64,000 bases of DNA from Kudoa neothunni (lineage: Eukaryota; Animalia; Cnidaria), in assembly GCA_964304625.1 (NCBI GenBank), contig OZ199840.1, forward strand, positions 9,656,240 through 9,720,239. The letters are read 5' to 3'. Both the position numbers and the translations under genes were made by a program. The notes under the pieces were generated by a model. It saw only the letters and a program-made list of their open reading frames with translations. It made no database searches and was not told the origin of the DNA. Below, in pieces: positions 1-11,136 of the stretch (position 1 is its first letter; each line of letters begins with the position of its first letter).

Positions 1-3
1 AGT

Positions 4-83
4 AGACTCATTAGCGACGGGAATCGAACCAAGTACCTCGGGGTATTGAGTCCAGTCACCTCACCAATGGGTTAGGTGAGTCC
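4..83 (-). mobile_element. tRNA-derived SINE head or tRNA pseudogene (any body would run off the window start)
   Basis: Minus strand has an A-box-like TAACCCATTGG, a B-box GGTTCGATTCCC and a GACTCA/TGAGTC terminal stem. Anticodon and T stems do not pair, so it is not a functional tRNA. Confidence 0.55.
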
Positions 84-1245
84 ATTCAACTAAGCTGGTT
101 TATAAAATAATGACCGTTGGTTTTTTTAATGATAACTCCAATTTTTTTTCACTTGTCAGAAAATATATCTTGATTATAATATTTGATGCATCTAACTAAC
201 CACAAATTATAAGAACTCAAGTAATCAAAGACGATGATCATTTTTATATAATTATAAACGAGTTTACAGTATTTTTTGATTTCTAAACGAATAAAAGTAT
301 AATGAGTTAAAAACGTGTGAGTTGTGACAATTGTATGAGCTTCAACTTGCTTCGATTATGTATGCGCCATTCCAGTGAATGATAGCCCATAACATCGATG
401 GGAGCATTAGGACGAAATAACAAGTACGATAACTATCAAAATTTCCGAATAAAGAATTCCATTTATTTCTCTACCCATTCATTAAATATTAAATACAGTT
501 CGTCTCACATATCTGTTTTAATCATATAAAGCAATTTTTTATGTAATGATATCAATTGTCTCATTTCTCCTCAAAATTTATTTCTAACAATTATTCAATG
601 TATTTTGAAATGCAATAAATATTCTCGCATAATTTTAAATTTTGGAAATGATTAACTTAATTTTATATTGTTATATTTAAATTATGCGGTATGGTTTATT
701 TATTTAGATTTATATTGATTAGTATAATTAATTTTTATTACGAATAATATAAGGTATCTTCAATGATTTATAGCTCGTTAGAAATTAATAAATCGTTCAA
801 ACATTAAAATAAAGAATTGGAGAATCAATAAATTACGTTAAACATAAATTATATTAAATTTGAAGTGGTAGATTCTTTAATAAATGAAATATGTTAGTCT
901 AAGTCTACTGTATTAATATTTAAATTAATAATGTATTTAATATATTCAAAGTAAATTAAATATGAAAATTAAAACATTACATAATAGGCAACCCATTTTG
1001 TACAATCCCACTCGAACCATTGAAAAAGTATGTATAATCAATTGCAACCAATTTTGCGTATGCACATAATAATTAATATCCCATTTTGGGAACGTAAAAG
1101 AAAAAATTGTCACTCATTATATCGAAAAAATACAAATGAATAAAATTTCTATGTCTGCAAAAAAAACAAATGATTCTTAGTGTCTATTTTGAAAAAAAGT
1201 CAGTTATTTTGGATTGTGTCATATTTGGACCCACTATAACAAATA

Positions 1246-1866
1246 CAGTCGAACCTCGATTATCCAGAAAATTTGGGGCCAGCAATTTTCTTTCCAAGTA
1301 GCGAGATTCCGGTTAATTGAACATAAAAAATTTCTCGTGCTCGCCGTTTTTGTAAATTTCTACTTAAAGGTTGTTTACTTGATTTATAAACAATTTTTAC
1401 TATATATTAAATAAAAGATTTTAATTCCTGCCATTTAAATTAAAAATGTTGACATATCTATTAACTAAAAATGTGAGGCTTAAACGAAAAACAATAAATA
1501 ATTATGGCAGTTCTTACATGTCTACAGAGGAGTTACCTACTTTTTTAAATAATCGATAATTAATGTTTGTTCAATATACATACACGCATTTGTTCAGAGA
1601 TAGCACAAATTTATATAAGAACAGGATGCTTAACATAGAACTATTTTTGTTTTAAATATTGCGTTGGTATATGTGCCATATTGTATATGTCGTAGGGTGA
1701 TGGATAGCACTTTTAGCCGGAAATATGATCAAATAGTTCATCCGGTTTCCGCTTACCGAGGTTCCGGATAATCGAACATTTGTCCACACGCAATGTCAAT
1801 AAAATCCAATTAAAGTTTAAAATTTCTTCCGGATAGCGCAATTTCCAGATAATCCAGGTTCGACGG
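1246..1866. mobile_element. pogo/Tigger-type (Tc1-mariner) MITE
   Basis: TIRs CAGTCGAACCTCGATTATCC ... GATAATCCAGGTTCGACGG, TA on both sides, internal repeats of the ATTATCC/GGATAATCGA motif. Confidence 0.8.
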
Positions 1867-4800
1867 TATTTTCATTTCAAATTCTAACAATCAGCGGAAA
1901 CGATCTACAAATTTTTGAACTCTGGAGAAGATTTGATCTTTTATTGGAGGGTGCTATTCAGAGTTTCTGAATTTGATATATTTAAATACTTCACGATAGC
2001 TATTTAGGAGTTTTTTAATGTAGAATTTTCAGGATATTTTATAATTTAATACTCTTCTTCTCACGTTCTTAGGTTGCTTAATTTTCTTATGGGCATATTT
2101 CTAATTTTTTGGTATAATGATACCTTGATCAACAGATTTCCCCCAAAAGATGTGCAAAATAGACATGTCACATGATTTTTGCTATTTATTTTGTATCTTT
2201 TACAGTCAATTATTTAAACTAACATTATCATTAAGCTGAATATATTTATTTATATAAATATTAAGAACATTCATAATTATAATCAAATAATTTTACAAGT
2301 GTGCACAATCGGTTGCCAACTGTATTAATTAAACCCGCAAACTAAACTTTCATTTGACATAAGCCAAAAAATATGCACAAAACCAAAATTTAAAGAAAAT
2401 GATAATAATGATGAAGCCAAAATTATTTATAAAAAGTAATGTTGTAATCATTAAAATGAAAATGAAAATTAACGTTAATATTTGTATATTATTGGGTCAT
2501 ATTATTTGCATATTTACACGCTATATAGAAAGAAAAATAAATAACCATACAATTTTTTTTTATTAGGAGGAAAAATGACTTTCTTTACGGCTTCAACCAG
2601 TTATAACAACGATTTAATTTTTTAAACAAAACACAAACCAGCTAAATTATTCAAGGGTAAAATAATAGCAAGAAAAATATCTGAATTTTTAACTAATAAT
2701 TTTGATTTGATTTTTCATCGTTTCATATTATTTTTGTGTAGAAAATAACTGTGAAAAAATTAAAGCCAACACAGACTCGATCATGGTGAATTATTGGTGT
2801 TACACGGCGTACCATTACCAGGTACTATCATATATGATAATTTATACTGATTAACTGTAAGATGCTGAGTTTTACCAAGAATATTTTTAATAATTAACTA
2901 TAGTAAACTCTCGATAATTGAATAACTTTTTGGGATTAAGGAAAATTTGCAAAATAGCAAGGAACGACGCATTATCAAGACATGCACGTGTGCTAGCAAT
3001 ACAAATAATTTTTTTAACATTTTTATTTATTTTGTGGGTTTCACGTTTTTTGACTATTTGGTGTAATGATTGGCTATAGGATCTTAACCAAAGTTAACAT
3101 ATGGGAAATCAGCAGTAGAACGGTATATTACGGACTATCGTGGAACCTGTGACTCCACCATTTTTAGCTTTTTTTATGACTTTTTTCGTCTGAAGCGGCT
3201 TTAAAAAATTAATTTTTCTTCTAATCGCATATACGATGATGAAGTCAATAACATAATTCTCATGTTATACACTGGTTTCTATATTTCACTACGAAGGAAT
3301 ATGAACGTGATTACATTTCGTGCTCTTAAATGTTTATTTTATTTTTTCATGATATTATAATGAAAAAAAATTAACAATAAGTTATTATAAACAGTTATTG
3401 TTCAGACATAGAGAATATTGAAACTTTCTCCATCCTCATAGCATTTTTACATTTTTATTTTATCCTAATTAAAGTTATATAAGTATTTTTAGTATTATAA
3501 ATTTTTTTTGTTAAAACGGTACACTATTAGATGCAATTATTGAGTGTTATTTGATAAATTATCTCCTAAACTGTGTTTAAAGTGTGGTTATTAATTGGGA
3601 AACCTGAAATTAACTAAAATAACAGTTACTAAAAAAGTTAATAACTGAGAATAATCTCTATTAATGAAATTAATTTTGACGGATTATTACGAATGAAAAA
3701 TGGACTGGTATACATAAAGTTTAAATTAATTTTTTTGTTTGATAAATTTTAAACATCGATTTTTTATTCTTTGTTGAATATATTATTTTTTTATCATAAA
3801 ATTTCAATTTTATTCACATTATTTATTTTTCATCAAACATAGGTAGATAAATATTGAGTTATGAGTTTAATAAAAATAACTAAAAGCTACATTAATATTC
3901 GAACGTTTCTTTGATTCAAATTTAAGTTCGACTTCGAAATTAAATTCATAATTTATTTTTTTACGTTTTAAACAAATATTTTGGTCAATATAATATTAAT
4001 TTAATTGTTATATTCTAATGATGCTGAATATTAATACTTTTTCGTAACAAACAAAACTCAAATTAAATCTCTTAATTTGTTGATATTTAAAATTAATTTT
4101 TAAAATAGAAATAAATTTATTTTCTATATTAATACAAAGTATGATTAATTTTTCCATCAAGGCATTATGGTGGTTTTTCTACTCTTTATTTGGAGTAATG
4201 CAATGGCAACAACTTTTTTATTGAACAATTTATATTGACTAATGTGATAGCAAACAAGGAATTGGGATGTTGTACAACAAGTGATCTTTGAAAGTTGAGT
4301 AATACCAAAAATATTTATTTTACCCTTTTTTGTTTAATATTTGTTTTATATAATTTCAACGAACTATATTAACTTTTATATAGTCTTGAAAATGATACTG
4401 TTAAATCAAAAATGATACACTGGGTTAGGTTTTTATTGAAGTAGGGGTAATTGTGAAGTTATTTGTAACCATTCTTGAGGGTATTAGTTCGCCCGTGCAT
4501 TGCAATTTTCAGTCATTGGGACAACAAACACATTTCTTACGTAATGAAAACCAACTGCTTGCTTTATAGCTGACACAAAAAGCATCATCTAATGAGTGTG
4601 TCGTGTGCATTCGTAGTCGGAATAATGAAAATGACAATCTTAGGAGAAGATGAATATTATGTTCTTGTGAGAATTTATCGAAAAACTTATAGAAGTTATA
4701 AAAATTATTTTTCAGCTTTAATGATTGAAATGTTTTGATCCGAATAATAAATATCAAGAAATAGGGCCTGCCTTGAATTGTTATATTTTAATAGTCAAAA

Positions 4801-5339
4801 TATGAAATTTAATTTTAAAAAATATTAATCTAAATTGAAATATACTATATTTAGATAATAATAAATAATTCGATGTTAACAACTGATCAACAATAAAAAA
4901 ATTATCCATCAAAGAAAATTCATTTCTGAAGATTGTTTTCATTTTAAACATTCTTAAGAACCATTTAATTATTGGTATATGCATTTTCCAGTTAATAATT
5001 ACTTCTTAGAGTCAAGGCAGGAAACAATTTATCAAATTAACACTTAACACTCGTACGTACGCCCCAATAAATCACACTACTGCACAAACTGGGTCCAATG
5101 GACCTAGTCGGTAAAATTAGACTTAACGCCGTCCAACTGATTATAAATATGCCATAAATATAGAAGAAAATTTCTTATTGGTTCATTTTTAATATCATGT
5201 TAATAATTTATTGCAAAGCTGTAAAAAACAAGATGTAACACGACGCCATTACTGACGTGGATGACAGCACAAATATACTAGTGTGAATTTTTAGTTTTAT
5301 AATAAACATAAATAATCAATGAAAATTCTTACATAAAAC

Positions 5340-6950
5340 TGAATAATGTCGTTTACAAACGTTTTTTCCACATTTAGAACAGATCGTCTTAGTTTTTATG
5401 TCTGTTATATAGGAGCACAACCGGCATCTTCTTTTTTCACTCTTTCTATAGATTTTTGATTGTTCGATAAGCGAAGGGTCACTATTATCGTTACCGTATG
5501 CTTCAACAATTTCATCAACTAAATTTTGTAAATATTGCCGCCTAGTACGGTTTTTGTATTTTAACTTAAATTAAATATATTTTTCCAAATATACAAGCAT
5601 TGAGTTATAACTAGCAATGTCACTCATATTATAGAATATTGTAAGTGGCCATCTCAGAGTTCTTCTCCTTACAATGTACAATCGAATAAGCTGACCAAGA
5701 ACATCGACGCCAGCCTTAGTTTGGTTATAGTGATGTACTATTTCGGGCTTCCCATCTTCCTCAGTGTTATTGTCATTGTGTAAAGAACTGAAAAGCAAAA
5801 CAGACTTATTTGGATTTTCACAGAACTTAACAAGAGTGATTTTATCATGAAAAAGAAACTGAGATCCAACTTCTTTTTTATTCTGTTGAAAGCACGTAGG
5901 TAAAAATTTACGTGACTTTCTCACAGTTCCAACTAGGGCTGTCTTACGGCCTCTTAAATATTTTGACAGGTTTAAACTTGTGAAAAAATTGTCAGTTGTT
6001 ATAGTTCTACCTTTATCTAGATAAAGGTTTGCGAGTTCTCTGACAACTCGTTCCCCTGATTTACCTCCGGACCATTTGATGATCTTCCTGTATAAACTTG
6101 GGCATTAGACAAGTAATCATTCTTAGCATCCGCCAAGACCCAAGTTTTGATGCCATATTTTCTGGGTTTACTCGGTATATAAATTTTAAAATTCACACGA
6201 CCCCTTGTTGTGCAAAGCTGTTCATCCACTGTTAATTGCTCTGATGGTATGCAGTTAATTTCGGCAATTATTTATAAATAAATCCCATACAAAACTAATT
6301 GGTGAGTCTTCTCTGAGGGTCACGCTCTACGCGGTTATCGAAACGAATATTTTCAGAGATAATTCTATATCACCGATATGATATTACTATAAAACATATA
6401 AATGTTATTTCCACATTTTTATATTTAAATTTTATTAAAGATTTATTACTTTTCGATAAAAACGGTAAACCTTTTTCTTTATTCCATAAATCTTGTAATG
6501 AAGAGTTTCTGTTTTTCATTATTCCAAGATATAAATTAGCACCTATCCATTTCCAAACATCAGAATCGTTAAGTTTTATTTTATTGTTTCTCTTTTCCAT
6601 AAATGTATATGTAGAAATTATTATTTTTGAAATAATATCATCTCCAATAAAACTTTTGAATGAAGTCAATGGTGAAAATGTTTTTTCTCCAACTTCGCTT
6701 GGTATTCTAGATTTATAATTTGGTACAATATTGTGGTTTCTTGTTCTAACCGCCTTAGTTGGTATTTTCGTCTCCCATTTTATTAATTTGTCTCTTGAGA
6801 TTGTTCAATATCAGAAATATTCTCCGAATCGCTTGAAACTGGTTCTTCTATAACGTTGTCTATTTCTTCATCAGAAGACAGATTCTCATCCACGTTAGAA
6901 TCTTCCGAGTTTTCCATAATCATTTTTATTGCATCATCAAGGGTTAACAT
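5340..6950 (-). pseudogene. piggyBac (PGBD4-like) transposase, frameshifted
   Basis: Acidic N-terminus; motifs VDEQL..TRGR..FKIYIPSKPRKYGIK, TDNFFT, YNQTKAGVD and RRTLRWP; C-terminal Cys-rich domain RCRLC..CSKC..VCKRH; stops and frameshifts. Confidence 0.9.
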
Positions 6951-7040
6951 TCTATACAGATTAGCAGTTACACGAGGGCGACAAAGGATAATTTGTTACT
7001 ATCCTTAATAACTATGCCTAGATATTTCAACGTAAAATAC

Positions 7041-7207
7041 TGTTGGGGCTGACAGTTAGTCTTCGGCGTCAAAGATATAATGACACACATTATCTTGGTC
7101 GGTATCTATGTGTATTAATATACAGTTGGCGCTAACTATATAAACACCCTTATATTAGCCTCTATATTATTATTGTTATATTTGAACGATGGTTCCTTGC
7201 CCTAACA
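7041..7207 (+). repeat. 5' LTR
   Basis: Direct repeat of 10970-11136; TG...CA termini; followed by the PBS. Confidence 0.97.
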
Positions 7208-10200
7208 TTGGCGCAGTGAGCTGCTTGGACTCTTTTGATGGAAATGATGTGGATTCATGGTTATTAAAGTTCGATTTGATTCTGCTCCACAAAAATATTC
7301 CGGAGGATAGACATACGTTGGAATTATTGGTCTCGTTGTCTTCAAATGTGTTCATTGTCGTTCAGGAAACTGGTTTTGGTTTAAATTCACCTTATGCTTC
7401 TGTGAAAGCATTCCTTAGGGCAAGATTTGGTAAGGTGAAGGACTCTTATGTTGCGCAGCGGGAGTTTTCCACTTGTTCCCAAGAACGTGGAAAAACTCTC
7501 GTAGAATTCGCAGAAGAGGTCCGAAGAATAGGAAGAGCTGCGTATTCATCCGTTGAATCCAATACGCTCAACCAAATAATGAAAAACCAATTTATATTTG
7601 GTGTTTTGTCATCGGAAACAAGAAAAAATCTTCTTGTTAAAAATCCGGAAAATTTTGAGGAAGCCTTTGAACTGGAACTGGCTCAAAAACTTGAATTTGC
7701 TTCAAGAAAGGATAATGAGATGGTAGAGGAGGATAAAGCACAATCAAACATAATGGCAGTTAAGAATGATGATATTCTTCAAAAAATACTAGATCGATTA
7801 GAATCTCTGGAGAAGAAGACAAGAAAGAAGATTAAATGTTACAATTGCGGAAAAATTGGACACTATAAAAAGAATTGTTATAAAAATAAATCTATTAACT
7901 TTTCCGCTTCGTGTTTGTTATTCTTGCCATTAATGCTTGAAAATACACGTGTTAAATGTCTTGTGGATACTGGATCCCAATCGAGTTTGATTAGTCATGG
8001 TTTGTATAAGAGGATCAATTTGAAGCGCCTGAGGCCTGCTGCTGTAAAATTAGTTTCAGCCTGTGGTGGTAATATGCAGGTGCTCGGTATGGTTGATCTA
8101 CATGTCAAATTTGATAATGAAATTTTAACGATGAGCTTTTTGGTAATTGAAGAACTTGTTTATGATTGTATCATTGGAATGGACACCTTGAAACTATTGG
8201 ATCTCACACTATCATTTGGAAAATACTCGCTGAAAGTATCAAATGATAACCATGATAAAGTCGAAAAGATTACACTATTAAATGTTGAACAACGTGATTC
8301 AAATATTATTTACCATGAAATTGATACTGACAGCCACAAACCTATTAAAGATTTCAGGAGGCGTATTCCGTTCCATCGCAGAGAAATAATGAATAATCTC
8401 ATAAACGATATGATTGAGAATGATGTGATCGAAAAGTCTTCATCTGAGTGGGCATTTAATGCTGTTGTCGTGCCTAAGAAAAATGGAAGCTTTCGTCTAT
8501 GTGTGGACTATAGAAAATTAAATTCTATCACTACGAAAGATTCTTTTCCTTTACCTCGAATAGATGATATTTTGGATATGCTGGGGAACGTTAAGTATTT
8601 CTCTGTGCTGGATTTGAAAGATGGCTACCATAATGTTGAAATATCTATTAAAGATAGAGAAAAGACGGCATTCTATGGTGTGGATGGAATTTACCATTTT
8701 AAAAAAATGACATTTGGACTTTGTAACGCTCCTGCAACCTTCCAGAGGCTAATGAATACAGCTTTACAAAAGTTTATTGGAACCTGTTGTTTAGTTTACT
8801 TGGATGATGTGATTGTATATGGTAATGATTTGGAAAATCATAAAAAAGATGTTTCCAATATAATGAGAACGTTAGAAAACTACAAGCTCAGAATAAATTA
8901 TGATAAATCAACCTTATACAATGAAGAAGTCAAATTTCTGGGGCATATAATTAGTTCAAAAGGAATCACGCCTGACCCTGATAAAACTAATGTGATAGAA
9001 AATTGGCCTATACCAAAGAATGTAAAGGAATTGCAACAGTTTTTAGGATTGGCTAATTACTACAGAAAGTTTGTTCAAAATTTTTCGAAAATATCAACTC
9101 CATTGTACAACCTCCTAAAATTGGAATCGGAATGGAATTGGTCTCAGGATTGTACCGCAAGTTTTGAAGAATTGAAAAAAGCCATTGTAAAGTCGGTATT
9201 GTTAAGTTTTCCTGATTGGAACGCTCCTTTCATTCTTGATACTGACGCGAGCAATGTATCTGTTGGAGGTATTTTGTCACAACTGATAGATGGAGAAGAG
9301 AAAGTCATTGCTTTTGGTAGCCGAAGTTTATCTAATCGAGAGAAAAATTATAGTACCACCAGAAAGGAATTATTGGCTCTGGTTCACTTTGTGAAATATT
9401 TTAAAGCCTATTTATTAGGTAAAAAATTCTTGGTCCGGACTGATCATAATGCACTAAAGTGGCTGCTCTCCTTCAAGAACCCCGAAGGACAAGTAGCCCG
9501 TTGGTTAGAGCAGTTAGCAGAGTTCGATCTAGATATTGTCCATCGGCCGGGAAAAATCCACACAAATGCTGATTCCTTATCACGAGTTCCTACCGAAACA
9601 AAAGTGAATGTTGCGACAAAAATATGTGGTCTTGATAATAATACAATAAAATCTGAGCAAAGGAACGATTCTGTAATAAGAAAAGTCATTAGTTGGATTG
9701 AATTAAATTCTCTTCCAAATAAAGTTCCAAAAGAAGAATGTAATGAAGTAAAAATATTGTGGATGCTGCGTGATAGTCTGAAACTTGTTAATGGAGTTCT
9801 CTTCAGAGCTTATGTGGATGAGCACACAAAAACGGAAACCTTAAGATTGGTCGTCCCAGATGGTCTTAAAAAGGTCATACTTCAATCTTCTCACGACGAT
9901 ATTACGGCTGGTCATCTTGGGCATAATAAGATGTCTGAAAAAGTTAGATCCAAATTCTTTTGGCCGTTACAGAGAAGAGATGTTCGTAAGTGGTGCGAAT
10001 CTTGTGAAGAGTGCTCTAAGCGGAATCGATCTACGAAAAAGTTTATCGCAAAGCTTGATACAGAAATTTACTCTTTTCCAATGGAAAGAGTCGCGATTGA
10101 TATAGTTGGTCCTTTAAAAACTACAGTCTGTGGAAATCGCTTCATATGTGTGATACAGGATTACTTCACCAAATGGGCTGAGGCGTTTCCTATCAAGGAC

Positions 10201-10988
10201 CAAGGAGCACAAACAATTGTGAAAAAACTGTTCAAACATGTGTTTAGTCGTTTTGGGATACCGTCTTCAATACACAGTGATCAAGGCACTAATTTTGAGT
10301 CTATGCTGTTCATGGAAATGTGCAAAATTATGGGAATTAAGAAGACTAGAACTTGTGCTTATAATCCAAAATCGGATGGGATGGTGGAGCGGTTAAATCG
10401 AACAATCATTGATATGTTGAGCAAGGTGTCTTCCGAAAGTCAAAGTTGGGACGATCAAGTTCCTTTTGTAATGATGGCATACAGAGGAGCAATACATTCA
10501 GCATCCAAATTTTCGCCAAATTTTTCTTATGTTAGGAAGAGAAATAAAATCACCCCTAGATGTTACTCTAAATACTGATCAAATTTTATTCTGTGAAGAA
10601 GATTATGTCCGTGGTTTGGTGAAAGATATGCAATTAGCTCGGAGAGTAGCAAAAGAGAATATGGAATTAGGCTTGGACAAAACAAAATCAAGATATAACA
10701 AGCGTGTTTATGGATCTCCTTACAACGTCGGCGATAAAGTGTGGGTGTATATTCCAATTAGAAAGCATAAATTAGATCCGTATTATGATGGACCATACAC
10801 GGTCAAGCAGCGAATTTCAGACTCTGTCTATAGACTGACTGGATTTGAACGGTAAAGTTTTGGTAACTAACTTCGATAAAATGAAGCCTTATGTGGATCG
10901 CAGCAATGTGTTGGAAAACGGAACGTTGTTTGAAAGCTCTTGTGGTGAAACTGTTGAAAGGGGGAATAGTGTTGGGGCTGACAGTTAG
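7189..10988 (+). CDS. Gag-Pol polyprotein (Gag CCHC, protease, RT, RNase H, integrase with GPY/F tail); two apparent single-base frameshifts near 10520 and 10845
   Basis: CYNCGKIGHYKKNC knuckle, LVDTGS protease, YLDD RT, TDAS RNase H, HHCC and DDE integrase. ORF 10529-10855 continues the integrase (GPY), and a third frame continues ..VTNFDKMKPY.. to TAG at 10986-10988. Confidence 0.92.
7209..7221 (+). promoter_or_regulatory. Primer-binding site, tRNA-Ser-like
   Basis: TGGCGCAGTGAGC, 1 nt after the LTR, complementary to a tRNA 3' end ...GCTCACTGCG-CCA typical of tRNA-Ser. Confidence 0.8.
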
Positions 10989-11136
10989 TCTTCGGCGTCA
11001 AAGATATAATGACACACATTATCTTGGTCGGTACCTATGTGTATTAATATACAGTTGGCGCTAACTATATAAACACCCTTATATTAGCCTCTATATTATT
11101 ATTGTTATATTTGAACGATGGTTCCATGCCCTAACA
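10970..11136 (+). repeat. 3' LTR
   Basis: Preceded by the polypurine tract 10956-10969 and followed by TSD AATAC. Confidence 0.97.

Larger units (their letters stand above)
7041..11136 (+). mobile_element. Ty3/Gypsy LTR retrotransposon, full length, recent
   Basis: 167-bp LTRs (TGT...ACA) at 7041-7207 and 10970-11136 with 2 mismatches; 5-bp TSD AATAC; PBS TGGCGCAGTGAGC; PPT GAAAGGGGGAATAG. Confidence 0.97.

Noticed and set aside
4-83. Functional tRNA gene
   Set aside because: A and B boxes are present but the cloverleaf stems do not form.
390-420. Hammerhead-ribozyme-like GGACGAAA; also CTGATGA hits near 14626, 37588 and 39120
   Set aside because: No paired CUGAUGA/GAAA core with supporting stems.
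4509-4757. 82-aa ORF repeated at 34633-34881
   Set aside because: It lies in the core of the long-TIR repeat, has a non-ATG start and no recognisable domain, and is not preserved in copy C. The conservation reflects DNA identity.
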